Positions 42,645-53,427 of a stretch of 64,000 nucleotides of DNA are shown piece after piece. The position numbers and the translations under genes were made by a program. This DNA comes from Phormidesmis sp. GTDB taxonomy: Bacteria; Cyanobacteriota; Cyanobacteriia; Leptolyngbyales; Leptolyngbyaceae. Position 1 is the stretch's first letter, and every line of letters starts with the position of its first letter. A model generated the notes under the pieces. The model made no database searches. It had not been told where the DNA came from and saw nothing but the letters and a program-made list of their open reading frames with translations. Location: NCBI GenBank assembly GCA_965248535.1, contig CBDFJR010000005.1, positions 1,760,001-1,824,000 on the forward strand, written 5' to 3'.

Positions 42645-43166
42645 TTAGAAGTAGACATCGATCTGCGATCGCCCAGTGGTTTTGAGCCAGTTTTGCGCTT
42701 CGATGTAGTTGTTGGGTGCTAAATTAATGGCGCGTTTCCAATAGTCGGCGGCTTGCTCAAAGAGAGATTCTGCTTCTTCTGCTTTGCCGTCTTCTTGAGC
42801 TTTTTCACCGAGATAGTGGTAGATCACGGCAATGTTATTGACGGCTTGGGGCAGGCGAGGATTGAGTTCGATCGCTTGGTGATAATATTCCAGCGCTTTT
42901 TCGTGTTCGCCATTGCTAGCGTGAATTAAACCGATGTTGTAGAGAATATAGCTACGATCGTTTTCGTCGTCTTCAAGGGTCAGCGCTTCATAATAGTTAT
43001 CTAACGCTTCGGCATATTCGCCATCTGCTTGGGCAGACATCCCATCTCGATAATAGGCAAAGGCTTCTTTTTCACGTCTGCTGGCCGGAAAAACCTTCAA
43101 AATCAGATCGGCCATCACCGTGAAGCTTTTGTCGATGAAGTTGTCGTTGCGTTGAGTTCTAGGCAT
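42645..43166 (-). CDS. ycf3: photosystem I assembly protein Ycf3
   Basis: [23 protein letters not shown] repeats and [17 protein letters not shown]. Confidence 0.98.
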   Translation of the reverse strand: MPRTQRNDNFIDKSFTVMADLILKVFPASRREKEAFAYYRDGMSAQADGEYAEALDNYYEALTLEDDENDRSYILYNIGLIHASNGEHEKALEYYHQAIELNPRLPQAVNNIAVIYHYLGEKAQEDGKAEEAESLFEQAADYWKRAINLAPNNYIEAQNWLKTTGRSQIDVYF

Positions 43167-43409
43167 AGGGCGCTCGGTAGAAAATTGAAACGGCTTAGGC
43201 TGTGCGGCTTGCAGACGCTTATTGTAGTTTAGCGCCTCGGCAGAGGTTGAAATTTGAAGTTTGACGTTTAAACAGATTTTGAAGAATTGAGGATCAAACC
43301 CGATCGCCGATCTGCCCCAGACTAGATTCTGATTTTTTGGAATCTCTGCTTCGTTAGTCCTGATCTGGCGTTCTTATACTAGAAGAGACACCTCTTGAAG
43401 GGGAACTGC

Positions 43410-44712
43410 ATGGACTCTAATCTGACTCCCGACCCGGCGATCGTCAAAGCCGTTGAGCGGCTTGATTATCGGGTGACTGTGGGCGACGTAGCCTCTCAAG
43501 CTGGACTGGATGTGAATCTCGCCGAGCACGGACTGCTGGTGCTGGCCTCTGCGGTCGGCGGACAACTGCAAGTGGCAGAGTCGGGCGAAGTCGTCTATTT
43601 ATTTCCAAAAGACGTTCAGGGGGTTTTGCAAAGCAAATTTTTTCGGCTCCGACTCAACGAGTGGCTGGGCAAAGTTTGGCGGGTGCTGTTCTACTTGATT
43701 CGCGTCTCTTTTGGGTTGGTGTTGATGGTGCTGATTGCTTTGGCGATCGTGGCCATCTTCTTGATGATCATGGCGGCTAACTCTAGTCGCGACGATCGCA
43801 ATGGTGGAGGCATCAGCATTCCTAACATGGGCTTTCCTGACCTGTTTTGGATTTTCTATCCCAATTATTACGATCGCTACGATCGTCCCTTCGTCTCGCC
43901 GAGGCAATCGCAGCAAATCCACTAGCGATATCAACTTTTTAGAAGCCGTTTTTTCGTTCCTCTTTGGCGATGGCAACCCCAATGCAGACTTAGAAGAGCG
44001 CCGCTGGCAGTCGATTGCGACCGTGATTCGCAACCACCGAGGGGCAGTGATTGCCGAGCAAATTTCGCCCTTTTTAGATGGCGTGGGCACGGGCTACGAC
44101 AAAGACTATGAACAATATATGCTGCCTGTGCTAGCCCGATTTAATGGACGACCCGAAGTGAGTCCAGAGGGGCAGATTGTCTATCACTTTCCCGATTTGC
44201 AAACCACGGTGACTGAATCGCGCCGCAAATCCGTTTCTGATCACCTTCAAGAATATCGCTATGGGTTTAGCCGCGCTAGCCAAGGACAGATCGTCGCGGC
44301 AGCCTCTTTAGGGGTCGTTCTATTGGGGTTAGCGATCGTGCTCAATGTCTCGCTGGCAGGGAAAGTCTTGCTTGTCGGCACGGCTGCCATCTTTGTGAAA
44401 GCGATCGCGGTGATCTCGTTGGGCTACAGCGTTGCTTATCTGTCGATTCCCGTCATTCGCAATTTTTGGATCAAGCAGCGAAACCGCAAAATCAGCGATC
44501 GTAATGGCGATCGTCAGCAGCGAGCACTGCTTTTAAAACATTCTGATCCGACGATTGAGCAAAAACTTGCCTATGCCCAAGAGTTTGCTGCCGAGACGGT
44601 GATTCGCAACGACGATTTGATCTACACAACCGAACGCGATTTAGCAGATCAGGAGAGCGATCGGGCGGCTCAAATCGATGCAGAATGGCAAAAACGGCTA
44701 GAGAGCGAGTGA
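43410..44712 (+). pseudogene. conserved cyanobacterial membrane protein split by one +1 frameshift (may be a sequencing error)
   Basis: ORFs 43395-43925 and 43801-44712 join into one protein (VTVGDVA...NFLEAVFSFLFGDGNPN...) if one C is removed at 43887-43889. Confidence 0.75.
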
Positions 44713-44718
44713 CCAGAT

Positions 44719-45933
44719 TCAGCGCACCTCGATTTTAGCCAAGACCACGCCTGTGTAATAGTGACCCATAATTTGCTGATAGCTCAGCCCTTGCCGGGCC
44801 ATGTTATAGGCTCCCCATTGGCTCATGCCCAACCCGTGACCAAACCCAGACCCATTGATCACAAAGCCCGGTTCTGGTTGACGAGTGCTCTTAGAGGCCA
44901 TCTGGTTGACTTGAGGGACGATCGAGAAAAAGGTGCTCTTTAAACCAAGAGCCGCTTGTAGTCTCTCGCCGCTGATGGTCGTGCTGCCTTTCTCACCGAT
45001 CAACCGCATCGTCACCACTCGCTTACAAGAAGGCGTGGCACGATCGACTTTCACATCTCGAACTCGACCCACCCCCGGAGCCAGATCGCTCAACGTGCTC
45101 TGAGTAACGGGCTGGCTCCACTGAAAAACGGGCGCACCTTGATCGTAGTTGTCTTTCACCGATCGCAGATAGGGCAACGGTTGCATCCACACATCTTCGA
45201 CATTCTCAGTGCAGCCACCCGACGACGAGTGAAACACAGCTTCGATAATCGCCTGGTTATAGGTGAGCACTTGCCCTGCTGTTGCATTCACGGCCAGTTG
45301 GGTGCCGCTTGACTCATCTTTGACCCCTCGATAGACCTGCCATTGGGTTGTGTCCCCCAAGTCATAGACGGCATTGGCTGAATATTGGCGCTTGTGCAGC
45401 GCATAAGAGCGAGCCACCACTGCCTGGGCTTTCAGGGCTTCTTGGGGCCAGTTGCCGCTCATTTCACCACCGAGAACGCTATAGAGATATTGCTCTAAGT
45501 CAACATAGTTAACCGCCGTGACTCCTTCTCCGGCAGGGGCAAGATAAGTGCGCCCGCGATACCAGCGATCGCCGATCCACACTACGCCGCCGCCCGTTGG
45601 CTCGATCCAAAGTCCGCCCGCTTTCCAGTTGTCGATCTCGACACCGCCGCCCGATGAATGAGCCGCAAAGCCGTTCATGCCTTGAATCTGACCCAAAGCT
45701 CGTCCCGATGTGTCTCTGACCACCGCATTGGTAGAACTGCCAACATTGACCTCTTTGGCTCCTTGTTTGATTAACACTCTGAGATCAAGGGCCGCCGAGG
45801 CAGGCGCGATCGTCACCACCCAAATCAGAGCGGTGAGCCACCAGCCCCGCCCGGTTGTGAAATTTAATTTAGACAGCAGCAGCGATAGCAAAGGAGAGAG
45901 CATCTTCTGAAAGTTCCTTCTAGGGTCAACCAT
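44719..45933 (-). CDS. SpoIID/LytB domain protein
   Basis: LEQYLYSVLGGEM, EALKAQAVVARSYA and GFGHGLGMSQWGA. Confidence 0.92.
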   Translation of the reverse strand: MVDPRRNFQKMLSPLLSLLLSKLNFTTGRGWWLTALIWVVTIAPASAALDLRVLIKQGAKEVNVGSSTNAVVRDTSGRALGQIQGMNGFAAHSSGGGVEIDNWKAGGLWIEPTGGGVVWIGDRWYRGRTYLAPAGEGVTAVNYVDLEQYLYSVLGGEMSGNWPQEALKAQAVVARSYALHKRQYSANAVYDLGDTTQWQVYRGVKDESSGTQLAVNATAGQVLTYNQAIIEAVFHSSSGGCTENVEDVWMQPLPYLRSVKDNYDQGAPVFQWSQPVTQSTLSDLAPGVGRVRDVKVDRATPSCKRVVTMRLIGEKGSTTISGERLQAALGLKSTFFSIVPQVNQMASKSTRQPEPGFVINGSGFGHGLGMSQWGAYNMARQGLSYQQIMGHYYTGVVLAKIEVR

Positions 45934-46308
45934 TACAGATCACAGCGCTGATGTGGCAAATCTGGAGCGATCGCATCAATCTCCGCCGAAAATTGCTAAC
46001 GTTGCTTAATATAGGCGAATTTATTGGCAACTGCGCGATCGAGATTTCTGAGCTAATTTGCGCCATTTTGCCCAAAGTTCCGTAACTGGAGTGAGAAAGT
46101 CGGTAGTCTCGGCTACTTCGCGCTATATCTAGCGTCATCATGATTTGTGAAGTTTGATATTCAAATCAGAGAAATTGTTCATCATTCTCATCACAAGGGT
46201 GATTGACCACGATCGGGTGGCTAAGTTCCCGTGGTTGCCCCGCAACGATCGAGAGACGAAGTACCATGAGAAGAGTCCCGCATCGACCTAAATTAGGTTA
46301 AATAAGTC

Positions 46309-47265
46309 TTGCAGATTACGTTTTTAGGCACTAGTTCTGGCGTTCCTACACGGGCGCGTAACGTCTCTGGGATTGCCCTTCGCCTACCCCAGCGCGCAGA
46401 AGTTTGGCTATTTGACTGCGGTGAGGGCACCCAACACCAACTGCTTCGCAGCGACTTGCGCGTGAGTCAGATTCGCCGCATTTTTGTCACCCATATGCAC
46501 GGCGATCATACCTTTGGGCTAATGGGGCTGCTGGCAAGCTGTGGGCTAGCCGGAAACCCAGAGCGGATTGATATTTATGGGCCGCCTGATCTCGATGAAT
46601 ATTTGAAAGCCTGCAAACGCTATTCCCAAACTCACTTTTCTTACCCCGTCAAGGTGCACACGGTCAAACCCGGCGTGCTGTTTGAAGATGAAGAGTTTTC
46701 GGTTAGCTGTGCGCCGCTCAAGCATCGAGTCCCCGCTTTCGGCTACCGCATCACTGAAAAAGACCGTCCGGGACATTTTGATGTCGAGAAAGCAAAAGCC
46801 TTAGAGATTCCATCGGGGCCGCTTTATGGAAAGCTGAAGCGGGGAGAGCGGGTCACCTTGCCAGACGGCCGCACGATCGATGGCTCAACCTTGTGTGGTC
46901 AGACAGAAATCGGTCGCAAAATGGTTTACTGCACCGATACGGTCTACTGCGAAAGTGCGGTCGAACTGGCCCACGATGCCGATGTGCTGATCCACGAAGC
47001 CACCTTTGCCCATCAGGATGCTGAGTTAGCCTATCAGCGCCTGCACTCCACTTCGACGATGGCCGCGCAAGTGGCTTTGTCCGCCCAGGTTAAGCAGTTG
47101 ATCATGACGCACTTCAGCCCACGCTATGCGCCCGGAAACCCGATCGAGCTAAGAGATCTGCTAGCCGAAGCCCGTTCCATCTTCCCCAACACCCAACTCG
47201 CCTCTGACTTTTGGACTTATGAAGTGCCGCGGCGACTGGCAAAAGGCATTCCTGCAAAAGTATGA
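46309..47265 (+). CDS. rnz: ribonuclease Z
   Basis: [28 protein letters not shown] and THFSPRY. Confidence 0.96.
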   Translation: MQITFLGTSSGVPTRARNVSGIALRLPQRAEVWLFDCGEGTQHQLLRSDLRVSQIRRIFVTHMHGDHTFGLMGLLASCGLAGNPERIDIYGPPDLDEYLKACKRYSQTHFSYPVKVHTVKPGVLFEDEEFSVSCAPLKHRVPAFGYRITEKDRPGHFDVEKAKALEIPSGPLYGKLKRGERVTLPDGRTIDGSTLCGQTEIGRKMVYCTDTVYCESAVELAHDADVLIHEATFAHQDAELAYQRLHSTSTMAAQVALSAQVKQLIMTHFSPRYAPGNPIELRDLLAEARSIFPNTQLASDFWTYEVPRRLAKGIPAKV

Positions 47266-47368
47266 AACGCAAATTTTCCAAGCGGACTCAAGGAAATCAA
47301 GCGATAACTTGCTCAGTTGCCTCATTTTTTGAGGAAGATAGAGAGCGTAACGTGCGAGACTTAAGCCC

Positions 47369-47803
47369 TTGAATTTGCCTTCTTTTATCTGGTTGTGGAA
47401 AATTGCGGCGTGGTCAATGGGGTTTGCGATCGCTGCCTATCTCATCCAAACCGTCACCGGGATCGCTCTATTTGCCAACCGAACTCAAGCCGGGTCGCGT
47501 CCCACTTGGCTGCGACCGCTCCATTTTGGCGGCGGTGTGCTCATGGCGCTGCTGGTGCTGTTGCTTTTAGCGATCGGGCTTGTGGGCACCTTGGGACACT
47601 ATGGCAGTCTGGGACACTCAACCCACCTCCCGATCGGCATTGGAGTTGTCGAGTTAGTCATGCTCTCAGCCTGGAGTGCGGTGCAGATCAGCCCCGATCG
47701 ACCTTGGGCGCGCCCTCTCCACCTTGCGGTCAACGGGTTGCTGTGCGTTGCCTTTGTGCTCGTCTCGCTCACGGGCTGGAGCGTCGTCCAAAAATATCTG
47801 TAA
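47369..47803 (+). CDS. DUF4079-like membrane protein
   Basis: Four TM helices with spaced His residues (RPLHF, GHSTH, RPLHL). Confidence 0.75.
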   Translation: MNLPSFIWLWKIAAWSMGFAIAAYLIQTVTGIALFANRTQAGSRPTWLRPLHFGGGVLMALLVLLLLAIGLVGTLGHYGSLGHSTHLPIGIGVVELVMLSAWSAVQISPDRPWARPLHLAVNGLLCVAFVLVSLTGWSVVQKYL

Positions 47804-47804
47804 A

Positions 47805-49478
47805 TCAGACAGATTGACCCCGTACCGGAGCCGTATCCCACTGCGATCGCTGCACTTGGGTGTGAACTTGCCAATCGGGGGCTGGCTGAGGATAGTCCGA
47901 TCGATAGTGCCCGCCTCGGCTTTCGGTTCTAAACAGAGCACTTTTGAGAATTAGATCAGCCACGTCTAGCAAGTTATATAACTCGCCCCAGTCTTTGAGA
48001 TCAGGGGCTGCCTCAGCCGCAAACTGCACCGTTTGAAGCGGCTCAAGCGTGAGCAGAGATTGACTAAGCGAGAGTTGAGAAAACTCTTGATGCCAGAGTT
48101 TGACTTGCGCGATCGCCGATTCTAACGTCTTTGACTCTCGACTAATGCCTGCACTCTGCCAAACCAGTTTTGGTAACTCTAGGCGGAGGGTTCTAATTTT
48201 GGCTAACTCAGAAGCCTCCAGCGCGTGAGAATTGCCCAGATTAACGAATTCTTCCTCTACTTCCTGAGCGTCATCGATCGTGAGATAGGCCAATTGCGCC
48301 CCAAAAACCAGACACTCCAATAGAGAATTGCTAGCGAGTCGATTGGCACCGTGAACCCCCGTGCTCGCCGTTTCACCCACCGCATATAGCCCCAAAATAG
48401 CCGTCTTGTTGAGCAGATCTGCCTCAATGCCCCCCATCCAATAGTGAGCGGCCGGGGCCACCGGGATCGGGTCTTGAAAAACGTCGATCCCCCAGTGTTG
48501 ACAGACCTGAATAATGTTGGGAAATCGATGACGAATGGTTTCCGCAGCAATGGGGCGCAAATCTAGCCAAACGTTGGCGCTGGCCGCATCGACCTCTGTT
48601 TTTTGTAAATGACTGACGATCGCTCGACTCACCACATCTCTCGGCGCAAGCTCTCCGGCAGGGTGATAGTCAAAGGCAAAGCGATGCCCGTAACGATCGA
48701 CCAGATGCGCGCCCTCCCCTCGCACGGCTTCGCTAATCAAAAATCGGGGCGCACCCGCTTTAGTCAACGCCGTCGGGTGAAACTGCACAAACTCTAAATC
48801 GCGCAATCTAGCCCCGGCTCGATGCGCGATCGCCACCCCATCCCCCGTGCTAACCGCCGGATTAGTGGTTTGGGAAAACACCTGTCCGCCGCCGCCCGTA
48901 GCCAAGACAACGGCCCCCGCCCGCACCCACTTCACCTGCCCTTGATCGATCAAACTGACCCCGCGACAGCGCTGGTTTTGCGCGTCTAGCCACAGATTCA
49001 GCACAAAGGCTTGGGAGACGATTTGAATATTTGGACGGCTCAGAACCTGTTCTATTAAAGTGGTGACAACAGCCCGGCCCGTGGTATCGGCCGCATGAAG
49101 AACCCGCCGCCGAGAATGAGCCGCCTCTAGAGTCAGCGCGAGATCAGTCCCCTGACGATCGAAGGCCACCCCCATCTTGACTAAATTGTGAATGCACGTC
49201 GCCGCATTCTCGACCAAAAACTTGACCGCATCATAGTCACACAGCCCAGCCCCAGCTTTGAGGGTGTCTTCGAGATGCAGGGCCGTTGAATCATGAGGGT
49301 CAACCACGGCAGCGATCCCCCCTTGGGCCCAATCGCTCGCCGATCGAGACAGCGTATCTTTGGTGATTAGCCCCACCTGAAGATGAGCAGGCAGACAAAG
49401 CGCCGTGTAGAGTCCTGCGGCACCTGCCCCAACCACCAGCACATCAAACCGATCGGGAACCTTGAAGCGTTCAGACAT
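47805..49478 (-). CDS. nadB: L-aspartate oxidase
   Basis: GAGAAG, SDWAQGGIAA, EFVQFHPT, ELAPRDVV and GVHGANRLASNSLLE. Confidence 0.97.
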   Translation of the reverse strand: MSERFKVPDRFDVLVVGAGAAGLYTALCLPAHLQVGLITKDTLSRSASDWAQGGIAAVVDPHDSTALHLEDTLKAGAGLCDYDAVKFLVENAATCIHNLVKMGVAFDRQGTDLALTLEAAHSRRRVLHAADTTGRAVVTTLIEQVLSRPNIQIVSQAFVLNLWLDAQNQRCRGVSLIDQGQVKWVRAGAVVLATGGGGQVFSQTTNPAVSTGDGVAIAHRAGARLRDLEFVQFHPTALTKAGAPRFLISEAVRGEGAHLVDRYGHRFAFDYHPAGELAPRDVVSRAIVSHLQKTEVDAASANVWLDLRPIAAETIRHRFPNIIQVCQHWGIDVFQDPIPVAPAAHYWMGGIEADLLNKTAILGLYAVGETASTGVHGANRLASNSLLECLVFGAQLAYLTIDDAQEVEEEFVNLGNSHALEASELAKIRTLRLELPKLVWQSAGISRESKTLESAIAQVKLWHQEFSQLSLSQSLLTLEPLQTVQFAAEAAPDLKDWGELYNLLDVADLILKSALFRTESRGGHYRSDYPQPAPDWQVHTQVQRSQWDTAPVRGQSV

Positions 49479-49636
49479 ACCTAAGCTGAAATCTGGCAGG
49501 GTGAGCTAATGATAAAAAAGGCTCCCTGCCAGTAGGTCGAACCAGAGAGAAGATCTGAGGTAAGCCTAGAGTGCAGAGAGCCATCCAACACAAACGCAGG
49601 TAAAAACGGAATTTCTTGACGGAAGGGTCGCCGACT

Positions 49637-50083
49637 CTAACGGTAGATGCCGTTGTTGATGCGATCGTTCCCTTCGGTCAGTTCTTTAGAAACTTCGCTC
49701 GTCACAAAGTTTTTGATATTGGACTGAAGCGTCTCTTTTTGTTGCTCGGTTAAACCAGGAATATCTAAAACATCTTCAACCTTTTCATAAGGAGCATGTT
49801 TAAAGATCAGGCTGGCCAAGGTCGGATACATTCCCGGAAACTGCCGGAAAGCCCGTAAGTTGGTGTTGTTTAAGTCAATTTTTTTACCGAAGGCGGTAGC
49901 CATCTTGTCTTCTACGGCATTCCGAAGCGAATCAGTCGCCTCTGCTGCCAGCAAAACAGACGGGCGAAAAGCAGAACCCAAATCGTTAAAATTGGTGGCT
50001 AAGGCAGTTTGAGACGACCCTAACCAGCCCAGACAGCTAATGATCAAGCTCAAGGCGGCGACAAAGCGGACTAAACGTTTCAT
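49637..50083 (-). CDS. psbU: photosystem II 12 kDa extrinsic protein
   Basis: Signal peptide; [15 protein letters not shown] and DRINNGIY. Confidence 0.96.
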   Translation of the reverse strand: MKRLVRFVAALSLIISCLGWLGSSQTALATNFNDLGSAFRPSVLLAAEATDSLRNAVEDKMATAFGKKIDLNNTNLRAFRQFPGMYPTLASLIFKHAPYEKVEDVLDIPGLTEQQKETLQSNIKNFVTSEVSKELTEGNDRINNGIYR

Positions 50084-50218
50084 GGTGAATTTCCCTCCCA
50101 TTCGTATCGAGCAGACTCTCTACACAGCTTTTACTAGAGCCTATCATCTCAGTGATACAAACTTCTCATGAACTTAGAGAGTCAGCAGCCGATAGAAATT
50201 AGTGCCCACTCTAAACCT

Positions 50219-51211
50219 TTAGCTACTGCTGCCGACTTTGGTCTGCAAGAAGGTGTTGAGGGCCGCAAACGAGCAAGCATGGGTCGGAGTCGGCACGTCA
50301 TAGCCTTTGAGATGAACGGTGTATTCCTCAAAAAAGTCAGAGTCAGCCACCAGAGTAGACAAATGATGATAGGTGGTGGCACCCAGAGCAATGTCTAGAC
50401 CGATTTGCTTTGTGGCAGACTCTAGCCTGAAGGCTGCATTTACCGTGTCGCCCAGGGCGGTGTAGTCAGGGCGATCGCCGCTGCCCGTGTTGCCCACCAT
50501 CGCATAGCCCGTGTTGATCCCGGCTCCGATCTTGAGCGGAAACGGCAGGGGATATTGATCATAAAGACTGCTGGTCATGGTGTGAAGGGCGTTGACCGCC
50601 TGCAAAATCCGCAGCATTTCGTCATGATTAACGCCTTGGGCCCCATGAGTCCAGACGGACATGACCGCATCGCCGATATATTTATCGACCCAGCTTCCAT
50701 ATTCACGAATGATGTCGCCTGCACACCGAAACCAAGTGCCAATCACTTCTGAAAGAATCTTTTCGTCAAGCTGTCGCGTCAGCCCCGTAAAGTCACGAAT
50801 ATCGACGACTAGGACAGAGATTAACCGCCGGATGTGCAGGGTTGCAGTGGCCGTAAACTCTTTAGAATCCATGCCGATCGAGGGGTCAAGCGCTTGCTGA
50901 ACCGGGCAGTAGAACTCAAGCTCAGTTTGCCCAAAGGTCAAGCGATCGCCGTTTTGCAGCGTGACCGGAATGCTAACACGCCGACCGTTGATAAAGGAGC
51001 CATTGCGACTGCCCAAATCGATCAGATAAAATTCGCCGTTTTCCATCGACTGCAACATCGCATGGTTGCGCGAAATCCAGCGATCGGACAGAACGACGTT
51101 GTTATCTTCACTGCGGCCGACCGTCCAACAACTGCCGCCAAGCATGGGGAACCGACGACTTCCTGAATCTGTTCTTAATACGAGATGGGGAGTGGGTTGC
51201 AAAGTCACCAC
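50219..51211 (-). CDS. FHA-domain class III adenylate/guanylate cyclase
   Basis: FHA motifs GRSEDN, SRNHA and DLGSRNG; cyclase motifs VDIRDFT, KYIGDAV and GDTVNAAFRLE. The ORF extends upstream to 51304. Confidence 0.92.
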   Translation of the reverse strand: MVTLQPTPHLVLRTDSGSRRFPMLGGSCWTVGRSEDNNVVLSDRWISRNHAMLQSMENGEFYLIDLGSRNGSFINGRRVSIPVTLQNGDRLTFGQTELEFYCPVQQALDPSIGMDSKEFTATATLHIRRLISVLVVDIRDFTGLTRQLDEKILSEVIGTWFRCAGDIIREYGSWVDKYIGDAVMSVWTHGAQGVNHDEMLRILQAVNALHTMTSSLYDQYPLPFPLKIGAGINTGYAMVGNTGSGDRPDYTALGDTVNAAFRLESATKQIGLDIALGATTYHHLSTLVADSDFFEEYTVHLKGYDVPTPTHACSFAALNTFLQTKVGSSS

Positions 51212-51382
51212 AGGTTGAGAAGCGAATAAATCCTTTCCTATGATGCCCCATGACACGACTAAAAAGTGCCAGTTTTGACGATTGGAGTCCGATCGCTTAA
51301 GCATCTTTAAGCAATTGATAGTTAAATTCTCAGGAGAAAGAATTTAGTTCCCAAACGTTAGGTCTAGTAAGGTTAGCCCTAT

Positions 51383-52105
51383 TTACGCCAGTGAGGCGGC
51401 CAGCCAAAATAAACCATCTACCAAGATTGTACTCAGAACTGCTCCACTAAACGCTAACCAGTGCAATTTTTGAGACCCAAAAGAGACCACCCCAACACTC
51501 AGCAGCAGGGTTGCTAAGACGGCTACCCAAGACAGCCCCCAAGGGGTGTTCACCTGAGCCACGGCTTGGTGCAGAATGTCTTGAGCCATATCGGGTTCGA
51601 CAAGCATCACCTGCCGCCAGTAGGTAATCAAGTCCACCAGATAGAAATAGAGATCGGTGACCACCGTCCCAAACAGCGATCCGAGATAGAAGAAATTGCC
51701 AATCTTGCACCAGCCGCGAGTCAGCCCCCACAGGGCGATCGGGAGGGCGATCGCTTCGATCGGCAAGTGTAGGGTTGGCTCCCAGCGCAGCCAGCCCCAA
51801 TAAAGCGATCCTGCTAGCCACGTCCAGGTAAACCCGGTCACTAGCTCTCCCAAAATCTGGGTTTTGGGTCTAGACGAGAGAAAGACGCTTAACCACACCC
51901 AGCCTGCGGTTGCCAACAAACTCAGCCAGGGCAGCAATCGGACTAGGGGAGCTTCAAAAAACACGGGCACCGAGACTAAAAAGATAGCTCCGCCAAACAC
52001 TAGCCAGCGTTGAGCAGCAGGGGCCGTTTGCGGTAGAGCAGCGATCTCTGCATGAGGGGTAGAAGCAGAGCGAACGGCATTGGGTGTGGGCGGATAGGAA
52101 ATCAA
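51383..52105 (-). CDS. DUF3120-like membrane protein
   Basis: LVSVPVFFEAPLVR, WLAGSLYWGWLR, HLPIEAI and FYLGSLFGT. Confidence 0.82.
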   Translation of the reverse strand: MISYPPTPNAVRSASTPHAEIAALPQTAPAAQRWLVFGGAIFLVSVPVFFEAPLVRLLPWLSLLATAGWVWLSVFLSSRPKTQILGELVTGFTWTWLAGSLYWGWLRWEPTLHLPIEAIALPIALWGLTRGWCKIGNFFYLGSLFGTVVTDLYFYLVDLITYWRQVMLVEPDMAQDILHQAVAQVNTPWGLSWVAVLATLLLSVGVVSFGSQKLHWLAFSGAVLSTILVDGLFWLAASLA

Positions 52106-52403
52106 TGTATTTTAATGATTAGATTAATTAAGTTTGTTTACGTTACTTAACGTTACCACAGGAAAACTGAGAGGTTAGAGGCGTTTTAGCAAAATGAGTC
52201 TTAAGAAATATCCCCCCCCTGGGCATTCACTTTATCGTAGCGGAATTTTGAAATCTGTGGGGGAGAGCGATCGCGAAGATGTCATGAGATGTTATCGAAT
52301 TTGAGCCGCGAAGTCACAGGTTTCGGATACACTGTCTCTCGCTGTGAAGACTGTCATAGACGCTCAATGATTGCTCACTCAACCACTTCAAAGGAATGAA
52401 CGC

Positions 52404-53336
52404 ATGGAAGGTTTTCAATTTAGCCCCGACTGGTTAATGGCTGCGTCAGGCGGGAGCCTGTGGCACTCTGGGCAAGCATTACTGGGCATTCCAGACCCTA
52501 CGGCCTCGTCAAACAGTGGCAATCTGCTGGTCGGAATCTTTCAAGCGATCGTGCTCGGCCTTGTTCAAGGCATTACTGAATTTTTGCCCATTAGCAGCAC
52601 CGCTCACCTGCTGATTTTTAGAGACGTGTTTCACTGGTCACAGCAAAAATATTTCATCGACGCGATTCAGTTTGGCAGCGTGATCGCAGTCGTGATGTAT
52701 TTCTGGAAAGACATTCAGCAGATTTTAGGCGGCGGTCTGTCTGCCTTTCAGCAAAAAGACTGGCAGCGAGAAGAGTGGAAAATCTTGGTGGGCATCGCGG
52801 TCGGAACGATCCCGGCTCTAGCGGGGGGCTTGCTGCTCAAAGATAAGCTGCCAGAAAGCCCATTGGTGATTGCGGTGATGTCGATCGTGATGGCGCTCTT
52901 GCTGGGTTTGGCAGAAAAAATCGGCACCCGCAAGCGTGGGTTTGACAGCCTAGAGATTAAAGACGGCATTCTTGTCGGGTTGGCGCAGATGATCGCGCTG
53001 TTTCCGGGGGCATCGCGATCGGGTTCTACCTTAACCGCCGCTTTATTTTTAGGGTTAGAGCGGCAGACGGCGGCTAGATTTTCTTTCTTGTTGGGCATTC
53101 CGACTTTGACGATCGCGACGCTCTATCAGTCTAGAAAAGCCATTGGCAACGTCGATGATCTGATTCCGCTGCTCGTGGGCATTGTGTCGGCGTTTATCTT
53201 TTCTTATCTATCGATCGCTTGGCTATTGAAATATTTGCAAACCAAAAACACGCTGATCTTTGTGTGGTATCGGCTGGCGTTTGGGGCGGCTTTGCTGGTG
53301 GCGATCGCCAATAGTGTCTTCAAAGACGTTCAATAA
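52404..53336 (+). CDS. uppP: undecaprenyl-diphosphate phosphatase
   Basis: LGLVQGITEFLPISSTAHL, PGASRSGST and ARFSFLL. Start uncertain (ORF open from 52371). Confidence 0.95.
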   Translation: MEGFQFSPDWLMAASGGSLWHSGQALLGIPDPTASSNSGNLLVGIFQAIVLGLVQGITEFLPISSTAHLLIFRDVFHWSQQKYFIDAIQFGSVIAVVMYFWKDIQQILGGGLSAFQQKDWQREEWKILVGIAVGTIPALAGGLLLKDKLPESPLVIAVMSIVMALLLGLAEKIGTRKRGFDSLEIKDGILVGLAQMIALFPGASRSGSTLTAALFLGLERQTAARFSFLLGIPTLTIATLYQSRKAIGNVDDLIPLLVGIVSAFIFSYLSIAWLLKYLQTKNTLIFVWYRLAFGAALLVAIANSVFKDVQ

Positions 53337-53427
53337 CGTTGCATCAACTGATGGGAGTGAAGTCGGTTCATTGCAGTCGTTGGTAGACTGAAGATCTGTT
53401 GATTTAAGATCTAACGGTTGCCTGACC

